Below are positions 1-14,497 of a stretch of DNA of 64,000 nucleotides, in pieces (the first letter of the stretch is position 1; the number at the start of each line of letters is the position of its first letter). The stretch lies in assembly GCA_038087875.1 (NCBI GenBank), contig CM075978.1, positions 103,726,001-103,790,000 of the forward strand, given 5' to 3'. The DNA is from Malacoraja senta. Taxonomy: Eukaryota. Position numbers and translations under genes: made by a program. The notes under the pieces were generated by a model. That model did not search any database. It was not told the origin of the DNA and worked only from the letters and a program-made list of their open reading frames with translations.

Positions 1-340
1 TTGGGATAGTCCCTGCCTCAACTACCTCCTCTGGCAGCTTGTTCCATACACCCACCACCCTGTGTGTGACAAAGTTACCCCTCAGATTCCTATTATGTCT
101 TTTCCCCTTCACCTTAATCCTATGTCCTCTGGTCCTCAATTCACCTGCACTGGACAAAAGAGTCTGAGTATCTACCCGGTCTATCCTCATGATTTAATAC
201 ACCTCAATAAGATCACCCCTCATTCTCCTGCGCCCCAAGGAATAGAGTCCCAGCCTTTTCAACCTATCCCTATAGGTCAGACCCTCCATCCCTGGTGACA
301 TCCTTGTAAATCTTCTCTGTACCCTTTTCAGTTTTGACAA
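1..340 (-). mobile_element. CR1 LINE ORF2 C-terminal fragment
   Basis: Reverse strand reads ..RVVGVWNKLPEEVVEAGT; closely similar to 31385-31730. Confidence 0.85.
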
Positions 341-344
341 CAAT

Positions 345-560
345 ATAGGCATGTGTTTGTGTATGTGGGCGTATATACATGTGTGTATGTGTATGTGTGA
401 GTGTATCCGATTGCGTATATATGTATGTACCGTATTGTATGTGTTTGCTTTGTATGGTATATATATGTTATGTGTGTGTTTTTTTATTATGTATTATGTC
501 TATGTCTGCGTTCTGTATTGTGTAGGTATGTGTTCTGCATTGTATATGTGTGTAAGTGAA
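345..560. repeat. Degenerate (TG/TA)n low-complexity tract upstream of the first coding exon
   Basis: Direct reading. Other microsatellites: (GT)n ~4220-4242, (AT)n ~5211-5232, (GT)n ~32780-32800. Confidence 0.9.
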
Positions 561-692
561 TGAGAGTGAGAAGCCTCCACGGGCTGGGTTGCCACTCCTG
601 GGGCAGTTCCTTGACCAGGTTTTCTGTGCGCTGATGAGATGCATCTTCTCTTTCCAGATACATTCATGATCCTGTGAGTGCATCGAGCGAAG

Positions 693-765
693 ATGAAGAG
701 CAGGCTTAGCCTAGCGATTGCTGCTGTCCTCGCAGCTCTATTTGCCGCCTCGGTAGAAGCTCAAG
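693..765 (+). CDS. col12a1: First coding exon (human exon 2 equivalent): signal peptide MKSRLSLAIAAVLAALFAASVEAQ; exon begins at 658 with 35 nt of 5'UTR
   Basis: Acceptor tcttctctttccAG ends 657; ATG at 693; hydrophobic leader ending V-E-A; donor G|GTAATG at 766. Too short for the ORF track. Confidence 0.92.
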
Positions 766-3700
766 GTAATGTCTCTTCCACACCCCTTCACTCCCGACGG
801 GGGTGGCACAAGGGCTGAGACTGTTGGCAAGTCCATGCCCTTGGCCAATCCATCCCGCCTCATAACTAGCGATTTTAGCGCCATCTGACACCGCAAAATA
901 CTCCGCAGGAGCGACAGCAAATGAAAAAAACACTCAAACTAACTTTTCACTCCATAGGTACAAGGAACGCGTGTTTTAATAACGGAATCATTTCATTGCA
1001 TTGCTTGATCTTCTGTTATTGGATGCGATTTGATGGCGATAATAATTATTCCTAAAAGGATACGTTAAACCCTGGAATAACATCAGAGATCCATTCGTCG
1101 ATACCACCGCGTCAATTAATACGGTGTCATTTGGTTCGTCAGCACAGAGCTTTGAGAAGGTGGAATATTCACCTCAATCGTTCAGCGGCTGGCTCAGAAT
1201 TATATTTAAATGATGTTTTTTTAATTGCACTATTTTCTTTCCATCTACCATGCAGATTCTATAGGACCAGGCAGCATTCGGGCTGCCCCTTGTTTAAATT
1301 GAGGAAAATAATCTTTGTGCCTTTGCAAAGTTTCCAGAAATAAAGTGTAAATAGAGCAGGGGTGATGGTGGTGGTGGTGGTGGCTGGGGGGGGGGGATGA
1401 GGGGGGGGGGAGTTATGCACGCACAACGGGATTGACATTTTCACACTGATCACTATTTATTCACTTTCCATGCCCCTACCTTCGGCCCGGATACAGGGCA
1501 TTTCAAATCAGGATAGCTGTCCATGGACATAAATAATGTTAAATGACATTGGAATATATGGATAACATACTCTTGACCAGAAACGTCACTCATTCCTTTT
1601 CTCCAGAGATGCTGCCTGTACCTCTAGCTTTTTGCTTTTTGCGTCTATCTTTGGATAACATAAGTCCTGATTCCAACCACTTTCACAAAATGTGTGGGAT
1701 TGGTCACTGGTATATTCAGCACTGCGTTAAATAAAGACAGATAATTATAGAAGTATTCGATGGGTCAGACAGCATGTGTGGAAAAAGAAACTGAGTTGAT
1801 ATTTCAGGTAAACGACCCTTTAGTTATCTAGTCCTTTGACACAATCGGTAATTAAAAAAAAAAAAATTGCAAACGAAATTAAAGCGATTTTCAAACCAAA
1901 TCCGCCAGTTGGTTCGGTTTTCCAGATGTGGAGAGCAGATTGTTGGCGAGTCTGAGATTCGTTGAATTGAAGAGCAGACGGCCGACTGGAAAAATCTCAA
2001 CTTGGTGACAAAACAAGCGAATCAACTCGAACGTTTTGTTCTCCGTAAACTGTGCTGTCCCTGTCCCAAGAGTCTATTCCCCTTACAATTTGCACCCCCT
2101 ACCCGCTCTTCTCCACCCACGAAAACAAACCCAGCCTATCCAGTCTCTCCTCAACGCCTGATCCTGGGCAACGTCCCGACGAACCTCGTCTACAAACTAT
2201 CCTCGTTTGTTAATGCAACTAGCCCGTGGTTTTAGTGGTTCCTATATAACGGAAAGCTTTTGATAAAAAGAAAGGAAAACTGTACAAATAATTGGTTAAT
2301 GGAATTACCCCGTAGATTTAATAGTTTATATGCAATGAAAAACGTTTAAATAATGAACACCTTCTGCAAACGGCAGGAGAGTGGAAATACCCGAAGGGCC
2401 TCTGAAAGAGAGTAGAAATACCCCGGAGAATAGAATAGCCTTTTATTGTCATTCAGACCGAAGTCTGAACGAAATTGAAGCAGTCGTACATAAAACAACA
2501 ATAAACACACATTAACATCCACCACAGTGAGTCCACCCAACATCTCCTCACTGTGATGGAGGCAAAAGTCTTAGGTCTGCAGTCTCTTCCCTCCTCTTCT
2601 CCCTCTGCGCTGAAGCGATACCCCCCGGGCGATGTTTCCCGCGGCTCAAACACCGCGGCCCGGGGTGGTCGAAGCTGCCGCCCACCAGTCCTGCAAACGC
2701 AGCCGCTGGCCCACGGCCGAACCCCGAATGAACTTTCTAGATTATCTCTGAGAGTAGCCATGACTTTCCGGGTGAATTGTCTGTTCCTTTAACGTAAGAA
2801 AATGTGAAATCTATATAAATAAATGTCAAAGGATCTTACAGCATACAAATAATGGGCCTGCCAGCTCTTCAAATTTTCCATTATATGTATCCCAATTCTC
2901 TTTTGAAATCTCTCCTTAAACAGGACAGGCAAGATCGCAACATCTTGCCAATTGTTTTCAATCTGCGTCCTCTACTTACAGACCTTGCCACAAGTGAGAA
3001 CACATTCTCATTATTTACCCTTTTTCACCCCAAATGAAGGAACGAATAACGTAAATAAACAAACGCACAAATAATCCCCCCGAGACAGAGGTAATGGTCC
3101 CCACGAGTGTCAGAGGGAAAGCAGCAAGATTTGGATTATACTGTATTCCTTTTCACAATATTTGGACAATGTTTGAAGAGTGCTGTAAAAGCACTGATTG
3201 TGAACAGGGACTGCAGATTCGTGTCGTATTTTATGGAACACGCTTTCATTTTCAGTAAGAGAGTAGCCCAGAATAGGATTATTATTTCAATTCTTGCAAG
3301 GTGCGACGTTCACTGGCTGTGTATAGCTATTGTGCGATATGATTCGCCTTGCAATGCAATGAAAGCCGTGTCTAGATCCAAACCTTTTTCAACAGTGCAT
3401 CTTCCGGACTTGTGAAGACTCCTGCGCCTCGGGCACGCACTCCCCTTCGTGGCATCGCGACCACGCGTATGAGAGAATGAAACCACAGATGACCTGCAGA
3501 CTGAAACTGTTCCCTTTCAATAGAAGTGTCTGAGTTGTGGAAAGGTGGGACGGGGAGTGGGGGCCGAATCTTAAAATAATAAATTCCATTGCAACACATT
3601 ATACATAAAATATAAATGCACAAGTGACAGTCTGCACACAACACAGATCGATCATGCCAGAATTGGCTGTCAACTTCAATTTAAAAATGGAACTTGGCTC

Positions 3701-3889
3701 TGCGTTAGTGTGAAAATCGTACGAATTCGACAAACCTTTGCCCGGATAAACCGCGGCAGAACATTCTGAACTTTCACTGCGAGGAGCCATGAACAAGCTC
3801 AATGAGAATGTACCAATTTGTTAAGAGTGATCGCATTGAGTGGACGGCAGAGGAACCTTAATCTCTTTCCTCCAATTTATGCGGTGGCA

Positions 3890-4060
3890 AAAAATACCAC
3901 AAAATGTTCCAGTAATTCAGCAGGTCAGACAGCATCTCTGGAGGAACTTCGAAACCTCGCCGATCGATGTCCTCCAGAGATGCTGCCTGATCCGCTGAGT
4001 TATTCCAGCACTTTGTGGGGTTTTAAACGAGCATCTCCACATCCTTGCGTCTGCATATCA
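3890..4060. mobile_element. Palindromic (inverted) Penelope terminal-repeat fragment
   Basis: ~55-bp imperfect arms ending cagcatctctggagga / starting tcctccagagatgctg around a short spacer. Confidence 0.72.
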
Positions 4061-5434
4061 ATTCAATTGATATGTAGTTTTCTGCAGTGGAAAATCCGTA
4101 TTTGGGGTAATTCGAAGCACGATTCGTTAAACAGCAAAAGATCCACGGATCTTCAGATGGCTACAGGCTGGTCGAGTTGCCCCAATTTTAGGGGTCTTTT
4201 ACTTTTCCGCATCATGGTTTGTGTGTGTGTGTGTGTGTGTGTGGTCAGAGGATGCTGGCCGCTCCATAAGGTTGTCACCAGCTCCAAACTGTCGTCGGAT
4301 TTTCCATCGCTGTGGGGACACAGACTCATTCCCACCGCTCCATCGCCGGGAATTTCGACTGGAGTTCGGCAGGATTGACACTGGCCTGTGGGAGGACAGC
4401 CAACTCTCCCTCACCACCCCTCAGGGTGGGCACATGGACAAGAGTCGGTGAAAGTTTGGATGCACTAACTGACTCTGCTCCCTCTGCGACTCATTTCCCC
4501 CAATTTAATACACAAACCCAGGTTGGTAATAATCCTTTTATTTCCACCTAACGATATTTAGCTAAACCAAAAAAAATTGCTAATTAAAAATAAAGTGAAC
4601 ATTTGCTCAATGTGTATGACTTTGCATTAAATTTGTCCTGATCTTGGAAACAAGAAGAATATTTTACAATGGTATTCTGCTTTCCTCAGTTCCGGACACT
4701 AACACAAGAATAAATTTGCAAGTGACATTTCCATTACCTCAGATTATAACTACAACGTGTGCATGAGGTTATAACAAGTATTGCGATGCGACTTCCAGAT
4801 TTAGCACAAGCGTTGGCATGTTTAATGCACCTTGCGTTTTCAGGTTGCATGTTAAATTGTATACAGAAGGAAACAATCCACCTCAATTAATTATTAAGCT
4901 TCATTTCTTTTGCAGTTTAAAGTAGATTCAAGAATTAATAAAATAACATTAGTCCGACGGAACTAAACTGATGCACGTCCTCCTGAGCTAACCGCTCCAG
5001 TCAAGTGAAGCACATTTGAAAAGGGACAGCCACATCCTGCATGCGCACAATGAAAGAATGGGAATATCATTATAAAATATGTGAATAAAGTCTTTTGTGT
5101 TTAAGCTTTCGTTGTGTGAGGGTGGAAACTCGGGTTGCTCCAACTCAGTTTCGATCTGCATGAATATGTGAGACACTAATAATTACTGCGACCGATCTCT
5201 AATCAAAGTGTATATATATATATATATATATATTACCATTTGTGTCAGAACGTTTTATTTCTGTACAGTTTGTTACAGTGCTCCTGTATGTAAAAGGCTT
5301 CCTGTATTTTGCGAGTGATTCAGAGGGACGTGGGTTGGAAAATTGCAGAATACTGTGGGCAAGTCTAATCGAAGCTGTCTGATGAGAAATCGAGCCGTTA
5401 CACCACAACCCGCCATAGAAATAGACGATTCGGC

Positions 5435-5680
5435 CCATAAGACCATAAGGCGTAGGAACAGAATTAAGCCATTCGGCCCAAAGAGTCTGCTCTGCCATGG
5501 CTGATCTGTTTTTCCCTCTCAACCCCATTCTCCTGCCTTCTCACTGTAACTTTTGGCACATTTACTAATCAAAAACCTATCAATCTCCGCATTAACCATA
5601 CCAAATTATATTGCCTCCACAATGAAGACCACAGATTCACCACCCTCTGGCTAAAGACGTTCCTCATTTCCATTCTAAAG
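5435..5680 (-). mobile_element. CR1 3' end fragment
   Basis: (CATAAGAC)n-type tail followed by gccattcggccc...catggctgatc...cctgccttctc, shared with other CR1 tails in the window. Confidence 0.75.
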
Positions 5681-7456
5681 CCCACCATCAAGCATTAACT
5701 ATACACCAACTGCATTTTATTCTCTCTACATTCTCATCAACCTCTCCCAGTTTCCACCATTCACCTACACAGTAGACGTAATACACAACAACCAATTTGT
5801 TTCCTGCTGGGAGTAACATTGGTCGGATTTAAAACAGAGAATAAGAAGAGTTCTAGCCACCATATGACTACTACCTGTAATACGCTCATCTACAATAAAT
5901 AGTTTTGAAATCCTCATGGGTTTCCGGTCTCCAAAAATGGAATTTTCACAACCCATGGTATTCAGATATCGCCCCCCTAATTTCAAAGTAAGTACGAATT
6001 TCATTGTTCTATCTCGGACATATGACAATAATACACTTGACTTGACTCTCTCTTGAAAATCACCCGGCCCACCTTGCATGGGACAAATAATTTCCTTTCA
6101 TCCACATTATAAAATCAATTGAGACCCAGAAGCTACCCGTATGCCGGCTTGTTTTGTGTTTTTTGTCCTCAAGAATCCAGCATCAGCAGTCTATTGTGTC
6201 TCTAGGGTTAATCCAACGTGGGGTCAGGTACACGTGAAATACAGGTGGATTCTGGTTATTATACAGAAGCACGACTGCTAGTAACACTTCCGTTTCTCTG
6301 TGAAGGTCCCGTGAACGTCTTGCATTGTCTCTGCCTGTGGAATTTGATAATAAGCTTGCCTGTTAAGATGTCGTGACTGTTACAGCAACTCCAGCTGGGG
6401 TCCTTCGTAAACACCAGTGCGTGTTTTGAAGATCGCCAGTGTGACCTGGTGTACAGATTAACAAAATCATTATCTTGATTTATTTCAATACAGAAGCTAT
6501 CGCAAATTATCAGATGATCACACGGCCCTGTTCGGATCTTTAAGTACCCTTTGTCAGGTCTCGCCGGCGCTTTAACGGAGAGGTCAATTTCCATTGATTG
6601 GTTGAATTTTTGTTCATTTAATGGGTTAAATCTTGTATTTCTTTTTCGTCTGATCTTACAAAAAAACACCAGTTTCATCGTTTCAGCTTGAGGCCAGGCG
6701 TAAAGCGTGACAACAATACATTATATATAATCTGCGGATCACCGCTGATTGAACTATTGTAGCGAGTTCCATCGAAGCTAAAAAAAAGTTTTATGAGTCC
6801 TTGATTATTTTTAAGTCAATTATTTTTCTCCAAAATTTTTGACCCTTCCAGCAGCTCTGACCGGTTTATATTGCAAGTTTCCTCCCCAACCCTCCCACCC
6901 CGAATTGACACGGCGACGTGTAACTTTCAGCGTGAGTCTTATTATTATGGGCAGTAATTTGACCAGCTTTGTATTGAGTAGAATCAGCATGCAATAATCA
7001 GAACTTGAGTTCACTGTGAGATGTTTGCCCATTTGAACACTATCTGTTTACCCGTTGTACTCGTATCTGATTTGTTGTTCATCGTGTTTGATCTTTTGTT
7101 TTGTTTTCCGCTATACACTGCCCTTGCGGCAGAACGCCCGATGTTTGTGTTGGCCATGTGCTCTTATTACTTGTCATTATTTATCTGTGTTCCCGTCAGC
7201 TTCTGACACGTGTTTTATAGTTGTCCTTACTTGCCAACAATAGACATCAAAGCTCGAAATGCCTATTGTTGAAAGCAAATTTATGCAAAGATTTTATGTG
7301 GGTCTTCAAACGCTTAGCTGTCATTCGACACACTCTGCTTTTAACTATTGCACCGTGAACAGATTTTATACAAAATATTTACTTTATTTGCAAAGCGGGA
7401 GTCCAGACCGAGACTGACGCACCTTCCTTTTGTTTTGCTACCTTTTCTCTCCGCAG

Positions 7457-7573
7457 TGGAGCCTCCCTCACAACTCAGGTTTAAAATTTTATCTGAAAGT
7501 AAAGTTCAAATGACATGGAGGCGTTCGCCAAACAGAATTGGAGGCTACAAATTGACATTAACATCTGCAACTG
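7457..7573 (+). CDS. col12a1: Exon 3 equivalent: FN3-1 first half (VEPPSQLRFKILSESKVQMTWRRSPNRIGGYKLTLTSAT)
   Basis: ttttctctccgcAG / GTGAGT; 117 nt; phase 1-1; FN3 W and Y residues. Confidence 0.94.
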
Positions 7574-8284
7574 GTGAGTACGATCCGCCTGCGGACACCT
7601 CAGGCACCAGGGGACAGGTGGCACGTATATAACTTGGTAACTTGTAAAGAAAGATTTAAGATTACAAAAACCGCCTGCCCCTTCCACGGTATCTCCCTCC
7701 CAAAGAAAAAGCTTAAGACTATCAAAATGTCCCAGGATGAACAGAATCAGAATCAGGTCAGTCTCTTGATAAAATCTACCCAAGTCATTGGCCACATTGC
7801 AAATGTACCCTGAACCTGAAGCAGATTCAAGGAAAGTTGCTCTTGAATCTGCTTCCATGCACTGGCGGGTAATACACACAGAACATAAGAATACTTAAGG
7901 TGATTTAATCTTGAATCTGATTCCATGGACTGGTGGATAGTTTATCCAGAATATAAGAACTTCTTGTGTTAAATAACAATATGCAATGCCTCTGATAACA
8001 GAGGGAAGCAAGAAATGGAACCAAGATGAGGCCACCTCTCCATTCAGTTGGATCACACCTGATCTTTTATCTTTCCCACTTTTGTAACCTTTCTGCACTA
8101 GCTTCCACCAATGGCCAAGGAGAAGAAGGTGTGAAATGTATACTGGGAGGTTTGTTTCCCTAAAGGCCATGGTGAACAAGTTAAGATTTTACCATAGTCA
8201 ACTGCTTCATGGTCACGTTGACTGATGACAGATATTTCCAAAAGTAAATTAGATTGTTAGTTGAGGCAAACCCAGTAAAGTGGA

Positions 8285-9640
8285 GATAGCAGAGCTGAAC
8301 ATCATTACTGAGAGTCAATGAGTTAAGCATAGAAAAAGGCCCCTTTGGCTTGACTTGTCTGTGCTGCACAAGTTGACAAACCAAGACTCCAATGTGGTTT
8401 TGATTGCTCATGTCCCTCCAAACCTTCCCTATTCACATCTGTCCAAACATCCTTTAAATGTCATGATTGTACATGCCTCTACCACTACCAGTTTTCTTCA
8501 TATACTCAAAACCTCTGTGTCAAATCTACCAGACCAATAAATCATCCTCGTAAATCAATTTTGCAGCTTTTCTAGTTTAATGACATCCTCCTATAACAGT
8601 GTCCAGAACGGTACACACTATTCCAAATCTATTATTATTATTATTATTAAATGTAGCCTTACCAATATTTTGTACCTATGTAACCTGACGTGCCAACTTC
8701 TGTACTCAAAACGCTGATCAATGAAGGCAAACATGCCAAACACCTTCTTTACTATCTGTCCAACTGTGTCATCACCTTGCCATCGTCCAGCCTTGTTTTT
8801 TTCCTAGCAAAATGCCGCACCTCACTTTTATCTGAATCCATCTGCCATTCCTCAGCCCATTAGCACAGTTGAGCAAGATCTCGTTATGATTGCAGATAAC
8901 CTTCACTGACAACTATACCAGCAATTTTAGTGTTATCTGCAAACTTACTAGTCATACTACCTTCACTATTACTCACTAATCAATAATATAAATAATGAAC
9001 AACGGTGGATCCAGCAACAATCCCTGTGGTACACCACTTGTTAGAGGTATTCAGTCTGAAAAACAACCCTCTACAACCATTCTCTGATCCCTACTTTCAA
9101 ACCAATTTTGTATCGCATCGGCCTGGTTTACATGTGATCTAACTTTGCAGACCAGCCTACTGTGCAGTTTCTTTTCAACAGCCTCACTAAAGTTCACGTG
9201 GACATTGTCTACCACTCTGTTCTCATCAACCTTTTTGGTCACCTCTTTAAAAAACAATCAAATTCTTGAGACAAGACATGCACATTGCATCAGCCCTAGC
9301 CTTTCGAAATGCTGGTAAATTCTGTTTCTCAGAGTCACCTCTAATAATTTACCCACCACGGATGTGAGACTCACTGGTCTGTAGTTCCCAAGGGTTTCCT
9401 TGTAATCTTTCCACATTACCCACTCCAGTCTTCCAGCCCCTCATTCATGTCTACCAATGATCCAAATATTTCTGCCATTTCTTCCCTAACTTCCCACAAT
9501 ATTCTAGGATACACTTGACCATTTATCTACTTGAATATATTTTATGACCTCCAGCACCTCCTTCTCTGTGACATGGATTAATTCTATTCAAGACATAACT
9601 ATTAACCTCCCTGAGTTCCCTCGCCTCAATGTCTTTATGC
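8285..9640 (-). mobile_element. Old fragmented CR1 LINE
   Basis: ORF 9051-9257 FFKEVTKKVDENRVVD..NFSEAVEK resembles CR1 RT; CR1-like tail near 8290-8360. Confidence 0.75.
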
Positions 9641-12600
9641 ATGGTAAACACAGATGAGAGCCACATCTTAATGAATAGGTCTGATATAAAAACAATCCCC
9701 ACTGTGACAAAGAGTTCAACTGGTACATTCCAGAGATTCCCTGATTTTAATGCCTTTGGACAGTATTTAAAGCTTATAGCTCTTTAAAATATATACTTTT
9801 AATGAAAATAACAGAAGGTTTTGTTTGCAAGTTGTGGAAACAGGTCAAAACAATGATATTGTTAACGGTACACCAATTATAAAATCTGGATGCAATTAAG
9901 AAAAGGATTTTCCTTTGCACAGGAACTGAAGCCTATTTAATGAACTGGTTTGTATTTTTTCACATAAAGTTCCCATTTCTCTTCAAGTGTTACTGACTCC
10001 TTGCTAGGACTATTTGCACCATTACTGCTGCTCTTTGATCAGTTAAAAAAGCTCCAGGGTCCATGGGCTACACATTGCCCTGAATCTTGTTAAGATGATT
10101 ATGAATCTCAAGAATCCCTTTCATTTCAACTTAAAATTCTTACCTGCTCGTTAGAGCCTTTTGATCTCTGTGGAGCTGGTGGTTTGTAAAAAAAAAATTC
10201 TCTCAGCTATGTTGCCTCATTGATAGATAAATCCAAACTCAGAACACTGGGATTTGTTATTATGGAAAGCCCAATTTTATTATGAACTTCATGTGTGGTC
10301 TTGGACTCAATGATAGACATCTATGTAAGGTTCGAAGGCAAGGCATTTGTGTACCCTGATCTTTAACAATGAAGATCAACAAAATATACCATCATGGGAG
10401 CCATTTGAAGTGTTAAGAATGTCAGTTCTCTGTGCAATCCTCGATCCACAAATGGAAATATTCCAGAAAGTGGCAAGGAGTCATGAGAACCATGGCTGGT
10501 CCTTCCCTTTGGAAACAAATAAACTATTATTTTTTTGTTTCTCCTTTGGAGTGTCTTGGGTAGTCATAGAGGCACAGAAAGTAATACTAGGAGTTGGATA
10601 TTTGACTCTTTAAGCCTGCTCCATCATTTAATTTGATCATGGTTGATCTTCTGTCTCAATACCATTTTCTCGTTACCTTCTCATATCTTGGAGATATGTC
10701 AAGATATACTTGGTTTCACTTCAGTTCTAGGTTGAGGCCAGTGTGGAACATGCAGACTCAGCTGTAGGTATAGCAGAAGGTGTCTGACAGAATGGATGAG
10801 TGGGCAGTAGTTGTGAGGTGGTGCACTCCTTCTGTGCTAACTATGACTTCTGTCTACTCCCAATGCCGGGACTTGAGATGCACACTGCCTGCAACCACTG
10901 CTTAGATTAACTTTGTAGAGCTGGGGTCAAGTCTGAGAGCTTTATGGCTTGTTGAATTGACATGCCCAAGGGAAGGCATAAAGTGGAAAGTATTTTGATA
11001 TCTTCGGTATTCAAGAAGGACAATTTTGCCATTTCCTGAGGGAAAATGGAACACCTTCATCTGTCTATCTCTTCATTGTGCTTTTGACGTGCCATGAAAA
11101 TCCCGCAGATGAAACAGTAATTCAAGCCTTACTTGTGCAAAAAAAACCAAGGTTGCATATTTCTATTGATGAAAGAATTGGAACCATGCAAAGCATGTTA
11201 ACTTCCATGCTATTTATATGCAGGTGTTAAAGTGATTAGTTCAGGCAGATAAACCTAAAAAAAAAAAGAGGAATGTCAAGCAAATATGCTTAGCTTACAG
11301 CTGCTGTTACTATTGGCAGTGGTTTCCAGCCATTGAATCAGACAATATCATAAATCAGGTTAATCACTAGTCTTAGAAGTTGTGGTAAATTTTAAAGAAA
11401 ACAATATGTAGCTCTCACTCACATTGAAGTCAAATTCAGGCAGGCTCTGAAAGCCAAATACTGGCTGTTTGTTACTTTTTAAAACTTTTCTCAATCAAAG
11501 TTCTCACCTGATAATCAAATATTATTTTAAAGGATAGGCATTCTATTTGGGACCAGCATAGAGCTTATAGTGTGGAGCCTAGATTGTAATTAAGTTCTTT
11601 AATCTACACGTGCATCTATTGCAGCCAAAGTTTAAAAACGATAAAATAACGCTAGTTTATAAGCGCACTTTATAAATAGGTAAATAGATTCAAAGTATTA
11701 AAAACAAATTTAAAATGAGTTGTCAGTCAGCTTCCTGCAGGAAGGAAGACTTTAGAAAAACTTGGGAACGTTCAGTCCCTCAAGCCTGTTTCAGTAGTCA
11801 GTAAGGTCATGGCTATTGTCGTTCATTACTTGTTCCATTGCACTGGCCCTGATTTTGCCATAATACTCCAGCAACCTCAGGTCAAAAAATATTTTTTGTG
11901 TGAGCAACTATTGGAGTTATGGGAAGTTCTAAACTCTGACACTTTTGAGAGAAAATGTTCAACTTGGAATAGATTTTGTATACTTTTGTTCTAGACCCTG
12001 TCTCCCCCATCTTCTATCATTCACTTTTGCAGTCAGCAAAAAAGATTGTCTCAATCTATCTTAATAATTCTTTCCAAGATACTAAACATCTCAATCTCAT
12101 TATATCAGACAATTTTATACTCTCATATTAACTTCCTGTCAATAAGTTCTATCATTGATTGCACCCTCATGCCATACCCCAGGAATGCTAGCCTGGTCTC
12201 TGTAAATGTTACATTCTGCACAGTGCAACTACCTCTCCATCTTAAGACATGATGACCAATATTGGAATCAGAGTTTTTTATGCAACTGCTTCTGAATATC
12301 CCTTAATATTCCTTGCTTCCAATTTTGAAGGCTAACATACCATTAGTATTTATGAATGTCAAGATCTTATCTTTAATTACAGTGGGGACTATTGGAACAA
12401 GGATGCAGTAATTTAAGAAACAGCTACTATTATTAGATTGGACGTGGAAGTTAATAATAACACCTATTGATAGGAAGCTAATATGGGAACATAAAATTAT
12501 ATGAGCACAATCTCATGGTTATAAATGTAGGAAGTTTACAATTATCATATTTTCCAATATCTATTTATATTGGTGGTATGGAAATTTTACTTGTTATTCA

Positions 12601-14497
12601 GATAATCTATCCATAAGGTCATAAGATGAAGCCATATAGGAATCACCTTGCTCGACACCAAGAGCTTGACTGTAACCCCGGCATGTATAAAGATGGCTTG
12701 AAAGGACTGAGGGTATAGCTTGCACTGGACACATGAATTGCTGTCTGTCGGCAGGGGTCGGAGCTCGGTATGGGAGAGGTGGTTGATGGTGGTTGTTATT
12801 ATTAGTTTACAATACTTGAATTACTTAACACACCAGGTAGAGGGAAGAAAGAGAAGGTAGTCAGTCCTACTCCTGAAATTGCACCTCAATCAGGATCCAA
12901 AAACCGATATAAGAATCCAATCCTAAATAACTTGGAATGGATTTTGGATACTTTTGTCCTAGTCCTAAATGTTCCCATCGGGGAAGAAATTGGCAACACT
13001 GCAGAAAGAGGAAGATTCCACATCTGGATCTCCAAACATGTGAGCTGTCAGTCTTCACTGGCAACGTTTTCCACACATTGCCCAATCTGAATGGGAAAGA
13101 AATGCCAAACCCATCATTTATTTCTGTGTCTGTAACAACCACCAGTGGAGCCAGTACTGCCAGTGTCTAGACTGATTTCAAGAATGATCATCCTCTGGAA
13201 AAATTATTTGCAGGCCATATCCTGCTCATGGTCGCTGATGTGAAATCTGTCATACACCAAGGGACCTGCTTCTTTTCATGACTACTTTACAGGTGGTCTC
13301 CAGCATGAACTGTGTGAGCAGAGAAAAGTAATGGAATTTAGGCAGGATTCCATCATCTTTCTTCCTAATGCATATTCCTTACAGCACTATGCTGCAGTGT
13401 TAGTTGGGGGTGGAAATGATGGAAGCATTAATCCATTCCAGATGCTACATTTTCCACTGCATTTGTGGAAAAAAACTGAAAGGTCTTCAGCATGAAATGT
13501 AGTCATTTATAAAAACAAAAGACGAGAGAAGCTTGCTTGTCCTTTGAAGCTCATCCATCCACGTTAGCTTTCCTAATATTAGCATTGGACTCTACTTTGA
13601 ACATTACCTTTTTAATTGTCTCTTGCTGTTTTAGTGTCATAGAGTCAAACAGCACACAAACAGGCATGCAGCCCAACCTGTCCAAGTTGACCAAGCTGCC
13701 CATCTAAGTTCGTGCCATTTGCCCACATTTGGAACATAGCTCTCTAAATCGTTCCTGTCCATCTACCTAAAAGGACACAGTTCTGGAGTCACTGCAGGTC
13801 AGGCAGCATCTCTGAAGAACAAGGATATGTGACATTTCAGGTTGAGACACTTCTGTCCATCTACCTTCTTCACTACCCCACCCCATCTAGTAACATGGGA
13901 ACAATATTGAAAGAGCTAGTGTGAATTAATAATGAACCCACATATACATTGCTCTAGATTTGATGTATGCAGTGCAAATAAGAACCAATATTCCTGGGGC
14001 AGTTTTATTCACTGGTGTTATAATGAAACTCCTGTTGGTCATGAAAGTAATCCCTAATCCTGCTGAAAATATTTTAAGTTGCTGCTGAATATATTTATGA
14101 CGTCTTCGGCTCCATTTCTTCTAGGTTATTCTGTTTATCTTTTCCACACGATTTACAGATCTTTCTTTCCAATGCCTTCCTTATAAGACTAGGAATCCTG
14201 TGGTTCAGTTATCTTTTCTCTTAGCTCATCTCCTTTCATCTTACTTGTAGCCTCTCTTCAATATTTCTGGATATTTTTTCACTTGTGTCATGATTGAAAC
14301 CAGTGCTCCATTGCAGGCTAACTAAATACTTCACATAACATTTACTACATTTCCTGCAGTTTTCTTCCTCACCGTCAACCTGATGGTCAGTTTTTGTATC
14401 ATCTGCAAACATTTAAATTTTTCCTTCAAAAATTATGCCTAAGTGAAATCAAAACAATAGCTTCAGAAGAGACTACCCAGGTGATGCTGAATTACTA

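Noticed and set aside
3818-4378. 186-aa ORF
   Set aside because: Runs through a Penelope palindrome and a (GT)n microsatellite; no recognisable domain.
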